Shown piece by piece: positions 8,373 through 17,142 of a stretch of DNA of 20,218 nt. Made by a program: the position numbers and the translations under genes. The DNA comes from an uncultured bacterium (GTDB taxonomy: Bacteria; CAIJMQ01): the NCBI GenBank assembly GCA_964573245.1, contig CAZNJA010000018.1, positions 1 through 20,218 on the forward strand. The letters run 5' to 3'. The notes below the pieces were generated by a model. It had not been told where the DNA came from. It saw nothing but the letters and a program-made list of their open reading frames with translations, and ran no database searches. Numbering within the stretch: position 1 is the stretch's first letter; every line of letters begins with the position of its first letter.

Positions 8373-9082
8373 TGGCTTTTGAGGGAAAGAAAATTTTAGC
8401 CGTGGTGCCCGCACGAGGGGGAAGTAAATCCATACCCTATAAGAATCTTTGTAAGGTCGGTGGTATATCTCTGATTTGCCGTACTGCCGGGGTTATAGAC
8501 TCTCTACCATGGATTGATAAAGCAATCCTTTCTACCGACGATGAGAAAATTGCATCGGAGGGAAAAAACTGCAGACTTGAAGTCCCGTTTCTTAGACCGG
8601 CCGAATTAGCAAGTGATTCCGCAACTTCTGCCGACATGTGGAAGCACGCATGGTTGAACTGCGAAAAAACATATGGATGCAAGTATGATATATCCATCCT
8701 GCTGGAACCAACCAGTCCACTGCGTATTCCTGAAGATATAGAGCGTACGGTCAAGGTCTTGTTAAAAGGAGATTGCAAAGCAGCAGCTACAGTAAGTAGG
8801 ATGCCGGCACATTTTACGCCACATAAAACTTTACTTGTCAAAGACGGCCGTATTGATTTTTATATGCCTAAAGGCAAACAATACAGCATTCGACAGGAAA
8901 TCCCCGAGTTTTATCATCGTAACGGAGTTTGTTATGCGGTAACAAGAGATACTTTGTTGGAACATGGAAATATCATTGAGAAAGATTGCGCCGCGGTTAT
9001 TATCAAGCGGCCGGTAGTAAATATTGATGAACCCTTTGAACTTGAATTGGCTGAATGGCTTTTATCAAGACAACAAAAATGA
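8372..9082 (+). CDS. neuA: Acylneuraminate cytidylyltransferase (CMP-nonulosonate synthetase)
   Basis: VPARGGSKSIPYKN, LSTDD, PFLRPAELASD, LEPTSPLR, RQ...NG and NIDEPFE. TAATG overlap with the upstream gene. Confidence 0.93.
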   Translation: MAFEGKKILAVVPARGGSKSIPYKNLCKVGGISLICRTAGVIDSLPWIDKAILSTDDEKIASEGKNCRLEVPFLRPAELASDSATSADMWKHAWLNCEKTYGCKYDISILLEPTSPLRIPEDIERTVKVLLKGDCKAAATVSRMPAHFTPHKTLLVKDGRIDFYMPKGKQYSIRQEIPEFYHRNGVCYAVTRDTLLEHGNIIEKDCAAVIIKRPVVNIDEPFELELAEWLLSRQQK

Positions 9083-11748
9083 AAGATAGTCTTTCTAAAG
9101 TAAATTTAATACCTTTAAAAAACAATATTAATAAATCATTACGTAAGTTACAGCTATGGCAGAAAAAATATTGGCTCGATTTTTTAATAGTTATCCTTTT
9201 TCTTATAGTTGCCGTGCTGTATTATAACCAAAGGATAGGACATGACAAAGTTATAACGAACCTCAAAGGTGATGCAGCGATGGTCGCAAGCGTCTTCGCA
9301 GGCCGTGACTATCGGAGTGATTTTCAGGGCGACCCGTTGTTGGGTCAAGCAAAAACTAGTGATTCATATATTTGTGTAGCTTACTGGTATGTAAGTTTTA
9401 TGCACCGCCGATTTGGTCTCCCCTACGGTAATGCTTACGTTACTATGCTAATCCCCATCGTCTTTCTGCATTTATTGGGATTTTATGTCCTTGGCAAAGT
9501 CTTGTGTCATTCCCGAATTCTTTCTATTTTATTAGCTTTTTGTTGTTTATTATACATACCTTTCGAAACATGGGGCGAAATCTGGGGTTTAACTCGTGAG
9601 CCTCTGAATCGCGTCGCAATCGGTTCCCTCATTGGTTTTTTCTGGGCTATGGCTGTTTACTATGGGCGTAAGCCCAAAATGCGGTTAGCCATCATGGCAG
9701 CGATGGGGTTATCTGTATGGATTCATCCCGCTGCAATTCCTGTTCTTGGCTTTTCTCTTTGGCTGGGTTTTTGGGCCATGCGCGCTGAGGATGAAACACC
9801 CCAAAAATTTATCATGAACATGTTCATACTCGCGGGGGTGATTCTCCTGATTTTGTTGCCCTATATACTGCAATATTCCTCTAGTTTTGGCTATCCGCAC
9901 TCGCCGCCGGAACTTAAGAAAAAATTGCTTGAAATAATGCGTTCTTCTTTTATCGACGGGTACACCCGTAATGAATGGACAGCTATTAAATTGTTTTTTT
10001 ATCAATTTCTTTTACAGAAACCATTTATAAGCGCAGCCATAATCGCATTGTTCGGAAGTTTTTTTATTGCCACTGCCAAAGAACGCCGAACAATTTTACA
10101 ATTGGCACTTATAGCTGTAGGGGTTATATTTGTGTCAAACGTAATATTTCTACTCGACCATTATCTTGCTGCGAGAGCCGAACGTATTCCTTTAGAACTT
10201 GATTTTGTACGCGGAAACCGTTTCTTAATACCATTGTCTTTTATCGTCCTTTTTTATTCGGCAGCAATTTTTTGGCGCAAATTCGGGATGAAATTGGGGT
10301 TACCTATCTCTATTCTCATCTCTGGCTTTCTATTTTTTAACCTGCAACCGAATATAAAGGACATGTATGCGAAATTGAATCAAGGCTATAACACTTTGAC
10401 ACAAGAAGGAAGTCCGGCCAATAAATCTGACATCGAAATGCTTGACTGGCTGCGCAACGAAACACCCAAAAAGACATTTATAACGGTAGTTTTCAACGAT
10501 TTATTAGACAACACGGTGCGCTATGTCAGTATGCGGCCTTTATCTTTTTCATTTAAAGACTCCTGTATGTTTAGTTATTTCGATTGGGAAAAGTTATTAG
10601 AATTCCGACAAAAAAAGTCTATCTATGATCAAGCCATAGAACATCAAAATATAAAAATGCGATTTCATCTTGCCGTTAAAACAGCCATTCTTTTTGGCTC
10701 TGATTTATTGGTTATTGATAAGGTGCTGTTTGACGAGTCCTATCGAGAGGTTCAAAACGCTATATTATGGGAGAATGTCAAATATGCCGTGATTGACCTC
10801 GGTCAGATAAACGACCTTTCAATTGATGCGGAGCAACCTGAATTTAAGATGTTGACGACGCGTAGTGCCTACGACCGCGAGGTCCAACCGTGTGTGTACT
10901 ATATCCCACCCGACAAGAACAAGTCGTATCCATTAATTGTCTATCTTCACACATGGTCCGGAAGAGCTTATGATGACAGTTATGTTTTTCAGATGTTTAA
11001 TTTGTCCAAAGAACACGGCTATGCGATATTGTCTCCCAATTTCAGGGGCAAGAACATACGCCGGGAATCAACCGGCTCAGAACTGGCAGTTGCTGATATT
11101 ATATCTGCTGTAAGGAAACTGTGTGATGAATATTCTATCGACACCAAACAGATTCACCTTGTCGGAGTTTCCGGCGGCGGATATATGTCTCTTCTTATGG
11201 CAGGATGGCTTCCGGAACTTTGGAAAACGGTTACAGCCTGGTGCCCGATTTTCGACCTTGCGGAATGGAGCCAGGAGTGCGAATCATATGGCAAGTATAT
11301 AAAAAAATCCATAGATATAGATCGCAAGACTTCAATAGCCGAAGGGCCCTATTTTACCGAACTTGCTAAACTTCGTTCTCCGTCAGAATGGTTGAAACAT
11401 GCGAAGGAACTCCCGATACATATCTTTGCCGGCATCGATGATAATTCTGTGCCTGTCAGCCATTCCATCAAGGCCTTTAATATATTGGCTATGCAGGAAG
11501 ACAGGTTATCCGACGAAATTATTGAGAAGATAACGAGGGATAGAATAATTCCTGCTGATTTACAATCGGATATTGGAAAAACTATCCATACAAGCAAAGA
11601 CGAAGCTAATGAGAAATATTACGGGATCAATCGTAAGGTGTTACTACATAAAGTATCCAATAATGTACAATTGACTATTTTTGACGGCGCACATGAAATG
11701 TTGCCTGAGGAAAACTTTAAACGGATAATTACCTATTCGCAAGATTGA
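9079..11748 (+). CDS. Multipass membrane protein (about 11 TM, GT-C/ArnT-PMT-like) fused to a C-terminal alpha/beta hydrolase (S9 peptidase/esterase-like)
   Basis: Start set at ATG 9079 (ATGA overlap with the neuA stop) rather than 9055. About 11 hydrophobic segments by eye, acidic first loop, and a 'MLDWLRNETP...LWENVKYAVIDL' soluble domain. Then PLIVYLHTWSG, PNFRG, GVSGGG (Ser 11170-11172), GIDD and DGAHE (His 11692-11694). The hydrolase call is firmer than the GT-C call. Confidence 0.7.
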   Translation: MKDSLSKVNLIPLKNNINKSLRKLQLWQKKYWLDFLIVILFLIVAVLYYNQRIGHDKVITNLKGDAAMVASVFAGRDYRSDFQGDPLLGQAKTSDSYICVAYWYVSFMHRRFGLPYGNAYVTMLIPIVFLHLLGFYVLGKVLCHSRILSILLAFCCLLYIPFETWGEIWGLTREPLNRVAIGSLIGFFWAMAVYYGRKPKMRLAIMAAMGLSVWIHPAAIPVLGFSLWLGFWAMRAEDETPQKFIMNMFILAGVILLILLPYILQYSSSFGYPHSPPELKKKLLEIMRSSFIDGYTRNEWTAIKLFFYQFLLQKPFISAAIIALFGSFFIATAKERRTILQLALIAVGVIFVSNVIFLLDHYLAARAERIPLELDFVRGNRFLIPLSFIVLFYSAAIFWRKFGMKLGLPISILISGFLFFNLQPNIKDMYAKLNQGYNTLTQEGSPANKSDIEMLDWLRNETPKKTFITVVFNDLLDNTVRYVSMRPLSFSFKDSCMFSYFDWEKLLEFRQKKSIYDQAIEHQNIKMRFHLAVKTAILFGSDLLVIDKVLFDESYREVQNAILWENVKYAVIDLGQINDLSIDAEQPEFKMLTTRSAYDREVQPCVYYIPPDKNKSYPLIVYLHTWSGRAYDDSYVFQMFNLSKEHGYAILSPNFRGKNIRRESTGSELAVADIISAVRKLCDEYSIDTKQIHLVGVSGGGYMSLLMAGWLPELWKTVTAWCPIFDLAEWSQECESYGKYIKKSIDIDRKTSIAEGPYFTELAKLRSPSEWLKHAKELPIHIFAGIDDNSVPVSHSIKAFNILAMQEDRLSDEIIEKITRDRIIPADLQSDIGKTIHTSKDEANEKYYGINRKVLLHKVSNNVQLTIFDGAHEMLPEENFKRIITYSQD

Positions 11749-11776
11749 TTTTCCTGTAAGAATATTACTTCAATTA

Positions 11777-11812
11777 TATAATAGCCATTACGACTCTCAG
11801 TATAATAGACAT
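11777..11812 (+). repeat. Imperfect 12-bp direct repeat, each copy starting with TATAAT
   Basis: TATAATAGCCAT at 11777-11788 and TATAATAGACAT at 11801-11812 (11/12 identical). The second copy runs into the ATG at 11811. Confidence 0.55.
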
Positions 11813-13229
11813 GAAAATACTTTTATTACAGCCCTTTATTCCTGATGACGATACGATGTGGGGTAGATTTTATAAGGGCAAAGGTTTTGTCCCTCCTATT
11901 GGTTTATTGTCTATCGCAAGTTATTTGGCTAGTAAAGGTTATGATATTTCGATCTGCGATCCTCAATTAGAAAAATTTTCCAAGCATGATTTGGAAAAAT
12001 TTTTATCAGATAATAACTTTGATGTAATCGGTATACCGGCTTTTACTAATTCTCTCGGACACGCTTTTAATACGGCCGATATGTGTAGGAGAATATTGCC
12101 CGAATCAAAGATAATTTTTGGCGGAGTGCACGCAACAATTATGCCTAGACAGGTGCTGGAAGATTGCCAATCAATTGATGTGGTAGTTATTGGAGAAGGC
12201 GAATATGTTTTGGAAGATTTAATCAATGCTTTTAGTAACAACAAATCAATTGATAATATTCAGTCAATAGCTTATCGCGGAGTTAATAATCAAGTTATAA
12301 TTAACCAAAGGTCTAAGCCGATTGATAACTTAGACGATTTGCCCCTGCCAGCTTATCACTTGATTGATATGTCTCAATATATTCCTCATCCTACCCAATA
12401 TAAGCGTTTGCCTAATTTTCCGGTTATTACCCAGAGAGGTTGTCCATTTAACTGTTCTTTTTGCAGTGCCCATTTGATACATGGGAGAAAAGTACGATTT
12501 CGTAGTGCAGATAATGTTCTTGAAGAATTAAAATTATTAAAACATAAGTATGGTGCCCGGGGAATATATTTTCAAGACAGCACCTTTACAATTAATCGGA
12601 ATTATTGTAAAGAATTGTTTAATAAAATGATTGAGCAAAAATTAAATCTTGTTTGGGCTTGTAATACAAGAGTCGATTGCGTTAATGATGATTTGTTAAA
12701 ATTGATGAAAAGAGCCGGTTGTTGGTCCATAGGTTATGGAGTTGAATCATACAACCAAAAATCTCTTGATTTGTTAAATAAAAGTATAACTGTAGCTCAG
12801 ATTGAAAAAGCTATTGCTTTGACCCATAAAAACAGAATAAACTGTTTGACCAGTTTTATTCTTGGTATACCGGGTGAAGATTATAGTGATAGTTTAAAGA
12901 CAATTGAATTCGCCAAAAAACTAGCCGGCCAAATCGCTTTATTTTATCCGCCAGTGCCCTACCCCGGCACTGATTTGGAAACTATATGCAAAAAAGACGG
13001 TGGTTTCAGAATGACAAATAATTGGATGGATTACACAGCCGTAAATTTTGCAAATCCTATTTATATTAATCCGAAAATAGGTCAGGCAAATATGCAGAAA
13101 TTGCTTGAATTAGCTTATCGTTCTTATTATTTGACACCAAAAGTATTGTGGAACAATTTAACAGCCATTAACAGTTTGGATGACATAAAAAGATATTACA
13201 GAGCCGTACGGGCAATTTCGGGAATTTAA
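11811..13229 (+). CDS. Cobalamin-binding radical SAM protein (class B methyltransferase-like)
   Basis: N-terminal B12-binding domain ([22 protein letters not shown]), then [10 protein letters not shown] (CxxxCxxC), FQDSTF, GVES and FILGIPGE. Confidence 0.9.
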   Translation: MKILLLQPFIPDDDTMWGRFYKGKGFVPPIGLLSIASYLASKGYDISICDPQLEKFSKHDLEKFLSDNNFDVIGIPAFTNSLGHAFNTADMCRRILPESKIIFGGVHATIMPRQVLEDCQSIDVVVIGEGEYVLEDLINAFSNNKSIDNIQSIAYRGVNNQVIINQRSKPIDNLDDLPLPAYHLIDMSQYIPHPTQYKRLPNFPVITQRGCPFNCSFCSAHLIHGRKVRFRSADNVLEELKLLKHKYGARGIYFQDSTFTINRNYCKELFNKMIEQKLNLVWACNTRVDCVNDDLLKLMKRAGCWSIGYGVESYNQKSLDLLNKSITVAQIEKAIALTHKNRINCLTSFILGIPGEDYSDSLKTIEFAKKLAGQIALFYPPVPYPGTDLETICKKDGGFRMTNNWMDYTAVNFANPIYINPKIGQANMQKLLELAYRSYYLTPKVLWNNLTAINSLDDIKRYYRAVRAISGI

Positions 13230-13266
13230 CTGTTTTAATCATTTTTATTGTCACAAGGAATTAGTT

Positions 13267-14352
13267 ATGTATAGTGTTAATCATATTTTTGTTAATGTAA
13301 AGTATCTTTTCAATGTGTTGAGAAGAAAACCCCTGTTTTTTATGCGTTTAGTAAAAAATTATATTCTGGCGGTTATTCATCCTACCCGCCCACCGTTGAG
13401 ATTCGCGGATATTGCAATTACTTATAGATGTACCATGCATTGCGAACATTGCTCGGCTTCGGTTATGCTTGATAAACGCAGAACAGAATTAACCATCGAA
13501 GAATACCGTATTATTGCGGATAAACTCATCAAGGCAGGGCTTTTACTCATCAATATTACAGGAGGAGAACCGACCATACGGGACGACTTGAAAGAAATTG
13601 TTAAGGCATTTCAACCCGGCAAGATTTTTATTGCTGTACAAACGAATGCCTCTCTTTTGACGGAAGAACGATTGCGGGAATTAAAGTCAGCAGGTGTAGA
13701 CGGAATAAATGTCAGTATTGACTCCGCTGACGCTAAAACACATGATACTTTCCGTAACTCCCCGGGCGCCTTTAAAAAGGCGGTAAAATTAGTTAAAACA
13801 GCAACTCGGATGGGATTTAAGGTAGGGATAAGTTATGTGTTATCGCGGGAGAATCTTTATTCTGAAGACCGCCGAAAGATTGTTGCTTTTAGTAAAAAAT
13901 ACGGAACATTGCTTAATTACAATCTGGCTTCGCCTATCGGTTTCTGGAGGGGGAAATTAGACAAGTTGCTCAGGGATAAAGACAGGCAATATTTGTTAAA
14001 ATTACTGGAAGAATACCCACATTCGAAAACTGATTTTGAAACAAATTATTATACCAAAGGTTGCGGTGCTATTAAGGAAAAAGTGTATATCAGCCCGTAT
14101 GGCGATGTGATGCCGTGTCCATTTATACAGGTAGGTTTCGGGAATATTTTAATTGACGATTTTGAAAATATCCGGGACAGGGCATTCCAATATAAGTATT
14201 TCAGGTCATATCATAAACGGTGTCTTGCAGCCGAAGATTTGGATTTTATAAAAAATACTATTTGTTACGATAAAACAGCAGTTTTAGAAAAACTGCCTGT
14301 AGATCACATGAAAGCGTTTAAATCACGGAAAATAGCATTAGGCAAAAGATAG
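13267..14352 (+). CDS. Radical SAM protein with C-terminal twitch/SPASM-type auxiliary cluster domain
   Basis: ITYRCTMHCEHC, ITGGEP, QTNA, VSIDS and HDTFR. C-terminal GCGA...YISPYGDVMPCPF...CL. Confidence 0.88.
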   Translation: MYSVNHIFVNVKYLFNVLRRKPLFFMRLVKNYILAVIHPTRPPLRFADIAITYRCTMHCEHCSASVMLDKRRTELTIEEYRIIADKLIKAGLLLINITGGEPTIRDDLKEIVKAFQPGKIFIAVQTNASLLTEERLRELKSAGVDGINVSIDSADAKTHDTFRNSPGAFKKAVKLVKTATRMGFKVGISYVLSRENLYSEDRRKIVAFSKKYGTLLNYNLASPIGFWRGKLDKLLRDKDRQYLLKLLEEYPHSKTDFETNYYTKGCGAIKEKVYISPYGDVMPCPFIQVGFGNILIDDFENIRDRAFQYKYFRSYHKRCLAAEDLDFIKNTICYDKTAVLEKLPVDHMKAFKSRKIALGKR

Positions 14353-14359
14353 AACACAT

Positions 14360-15430
14360 ATGTACGAAAAATTCGCGAATTATTTTATATGTCCCAAATG
14401 CCATGCATCATTGAATATACTGAAGGTGTTTTCTAAAAATTCGGATGATATCCTTGACGGAATTTTGGGATGTGAAAAAGACCACTATTACCCTATTATT
14501 GACGGCATTCCCCGTTTATTGGAAATCAAATCAATTCTCAGATTTGTTGACAGCAACAGATTAAACATATTTATTAATAAGTATTTTAAAGATATTCCTG
14601 TTGTGTTCGTCGATAATATCAATAAACAAAAAGAAATTGCTAAATCTGTGGGTATTAATACCGCTAATTTTTATGCGGATATGTGGAAAAGATATGATAC
14701 TGATTTTGATATGGACGATGATAGAGAATTTAAACGTTTAATCGGCAATAATTTAGAGTTCGGGTTATTAAAAAATCTGTCGGCAATTGATGTCGGTGCT
14801 GGCGCCGGACGGTATGTGAAACCACTGCTGTCAGCCGGGGTAAAAGAGATAATTTGTATGGATTTGGGAAACGCGATTACCCTAGCTTACAGGAAATATC
14901 ACGATGATAGGCGGGTGTTATGCATCCAAGCAGATATCTATCGGCTTCCGTTTGAAAATTATTTTGACTTTGTTTTGTGTGTCGGGGTTCTCCAGCATCT
15001 GCCGGATTCTTCAGACGGTTTTGTTAAACTCGCAAAACTGGCCAATCAACACGGCCAACTTCTTGTATGGGTGTATGGCAATTCGCCGATAAAGAATATT
15101 TTAATTGTTCTAAGAAAACTTTGCCGCCGGTTTCCTCTAACATGGCTTTGGAACCTAAGCGGTTTTTTTGCCTCTTTCAGATGGTTTGCTTCAAAATTAC
15201 ATGTATGGCTGCCGACACTCGGCGGTTATAATGAAGGGTATAGCTTCCATTATTTCCGCACAAATACCTTTGATCACCTTTCTGCTCCAATTATTGATTT
15301 TTTTCACAGGGACACGTTAGTAGAATGGCTTAAAAAAACAAACATAAGTGAATACGAACTAATTGAACGTTTTCCAAGGCATGCTAACGCGAGTTGGATT
15401 ATAAAAGCCCGAAAAACTTTGGAACCATGA
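14360..15430 (+). CDS. Class I SAM-dependent methyltransferase with N-terminal Trm112-like zinc domain
   Basis: FICPKC...GILGCEKDHYYPIIDGIPRLL (Trm112-like), then IDVGAGAGRY, QADIYRLPF, FDFV and GVLQHLPD. Confidence 0.85.
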   Translation: MYEKFANYFICPKCHASLNILKVFSKNSDDILDGILGCEKDHYYPIIDGIPRLLEIKSILRFVDSNRLNIFINKYFKDIPVVFVDNINKQKEIAKSVGINTANFYADMWKRYDTDFDMDDDREFKRLIGNNLEFGLLKNLSAIDVGAGAGRYVKPLLSAGVKEIICMDLGNAITLAYRKYHDDRRVLCIQADIYRLPFENYFDFVLCVGVLQHLPDSSDGFVKLAKLANQHGQLLVWVYGNSPIKNILIVLRKLCRRFPLTWLWNLSGFFASFRWFASKLHVWLPTLGGYNEGYSFHYFRTNTFDHLSAPIIDFFHRDTLVEWLKKTNISEYELIERFPRHANASWIIKARKTLEP

Positions 15431-16389
15431 TTAGTCAAGACAAGGATTTATCAAAAACCATTATTAAAACCGTATCCGTGAAATGTCCCGTTTGCGGAAC
15501 GGGTAGATTCCGAAAGGTCGCAACAGGATACGATTTTGAATATGATACATCCGCGTGCATCTACCAATTTGTCCGTTGCCTTAAATGTAAGGTGCTGTAT
15601 CTCAATCCAAGACCGGACATCTCATCACTCGAAAAGATTTATCCGATGGAATATGCTCCGTATGCATTTGAAACCGGCCGTAATCTGACTCTCCGAATCC
15701 GTAGCCTTTTAGAGCGTAGAAGAATTTTGGATTTTCGCCGGCTTTTTAAATCCGGGAGTGATATTATTGATGCCGGATGTGGTGGAGTTGAGTTCCTTAA
15801 AAGTTTTCGCCAGTTTGGGAGACCTGATTGGCGATTATGGGGAAATGACATTTCCCCGCAGGTTTGCACGCACCTTCGCCGGCAGGGATTTCTTTCTATT
15901 CAGGGCAGGTTTGAAGATATTGACATGCCTGACGGTAGTTTTGACGGCATTATTTTAAAACAGGTTTTGGAACACTTGAAATCGCCCATGGCAGTTTTAC
16001 AAAAGTCCAGCCAGCTATTGCGCAAAGGGGGATTCTTAATTATCGAGACACCTAATTCTGACTCTTGGGATGCCAAAATATTTAAGAAACATTATTGGGG
16101 CGGATATCATTTCCCGAGGCATTGGACAATCTTTGATTGCCAGACATTACGCGAAGCGGCTGGCAAAGCAGGATTTGTTTTTGTGCGGCGGAAATACATG
16201 TTATCCCCCTCTTTCTGGGTTCAATCCATCCATCATCTATTGAAAGACAACAATGCTCCCTTCTGGATGTATAAACCGTTTACTCACAAAAACCCTTTGG
16301 TTATGAGCTTGGCAGTCTTATTAGATTGCATTCAAATGTCCCTCGTCGGAAAGACTTCTAATTTGCAAATTATATTCAAAAAGCCGTAA
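15427..16389 (+). CDS. Class I SAM-dependent methyltransferase with N-terminal zinc ribbon
   Basis: Start set at ATG 15427 (ATGA overlap). CPVC...CLKC, LNPRP, IDAGCGG, QVLEHL, ETPN and HFPRHW. Confidence 0.85.
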   Translation: MISQDKDLSKTIIKTVSVKCPVCGTGRFRKVATGYDFEYDTSACIYQFVRCLKCKVLYLNPRPDISSLEKIYPMEYAPYAFETGRNLTLRIRSLLERRRILDFRRLFKSGSDIIDAGCGGVEFLKSFRQFGRPDWRLWGNDISPQVCTHLRRQGFLSIQGRFEDIDMPDGSFDGIILKQVLEHLKSPMAVLQKSSQLLRKGGFLIIETPNSDSWDAKIFKKHYWGGYHFPRHWTIFDCQTLREAAGKAGFVFVRRKYMLSPSFWVQSIHHLLKDNNAPFWMYKPFTHKNPLVMSLAVLLDCIQMSLVGKTSNLQIIFKKP

Positions 16390-16401
16390 AATGTTTCTGA
16401 A

Positions 16402-17142
16402 ATGCTTCAAGACAAACGCCCATCAGGTGCCGCGACTATGTCGCCGGATTTGCCTAAGGCAAAAAAGTATTTCAGATGGATTGTCTCGGAAATAGAACCT
16501 TACCTGGGAGAACATATTCTGGACATTGGCAGCGGATACGGCATTCACCTGGAGTACATCTTACCTAAACATTCCCACGTAACGTCAATTGATATCTCTT
16601 TTGATAGTGTTAAGTTTTTACGGCAAAAATTTCAGGCTGCCCCGGGTTTCAAAGTCCTGCAGTCGGATTTCGAAGATGCGTCCAACTTAGAGTGGTTGGT
16701 AAAAAGCCGTTTTGATACAATTATATGCCTGAATGTGCTTGAACATCTACGGGATGATATTTCATCTTTGAAGAAGATGCATGAGATTTTACGACAACAA
16801 AGAGGAGTTGTCTTGTTAATGGTGCCGGCCCATTCATTTTTATATGGTACAATGGACAGGCAATCGGGACATTTCCGTCGCTATACATTAACATCGTTGA
16901 CTCGCAAATTACAACAGGCAGATTTTGAGATATTACGGATGCACCACTTTAATGCCTTTGGAGTTTTGCCGTGGTTCATCAACAATCGTATACTTAAAAA
17001 AGAACTGGACGGAAGCGGTATCGGCTTGCAGATAAAGATATTTGATACTTATATCGTACCCTTAATAAGACGGTTGGAAACCAAGATTAAATTTCCGGTT
17101 GGACAATCAATAATAATAGTTGCGAGGGTAAAACATGATTAG
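16402..17142 (+). CDS. Class I SAM-dependent methyltransferase of the type often adjacent or fused to GT2 enzymes
   Basis: ILDIGSGYG, FDTIICLNVLEHL and VPAH..LYGTMDRQSGHFRRY. An alternative in-frame ATG lies at 16438. Confidence 0.85.
   Translation: MLQDKRPSGAATMSPDLPKAKKYFRWIVSEIEPYLGEHILDIGSGYGIHLEYILPKHSHVTSIDISFDSVKFLRQKFQAAPGFKVLQSDFEDASNLEWLVKSRFDTIICLNVLEHLRDDISSLKKMHEILRQQRGVVLLMVPAHSFLYGTMDRQSGHFRRYTLTSLTRKLQQADFEILRMHHFNAFGVLPWFINNRILKKELDGSGIGLQIKIFDTYIVPLIRRLETKIKFPVGQSIIIVARVKHD

Noticed and set aside
9055-9078. Track start at 9055 for the fusion protein
   Set aside because: ATG 9079 gives the ATGA overlap used elsewhere in this operon, whereas 9055 needs a 28-nt overlap with neuA.
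2676-9082. Standard legionaminic or pseudaminic acid pathway
   Set aside because: No 4,6-dehydratase, matching C4 aminotransferase or acetyltransferase in the cassette. The DegT and acetyltransferase present are WbpE/WbpD-like. Such genes elsewhere in the genome cannot be excluded.
11811-14352. RiPP cluster suggested by two radical SAM genes
   Set aside because: No credible precursor peptide, RRE domain or peptide exporter is visible, and the context is entirely glycan biosynthesis.
15394-15426. Track start at 15394 for the zinc-ribbon methyltransferase
   Set aside because: It is a non-ATG start well inside the previous gene. ATG 15427 overlaps the upstream stop as ATGA.
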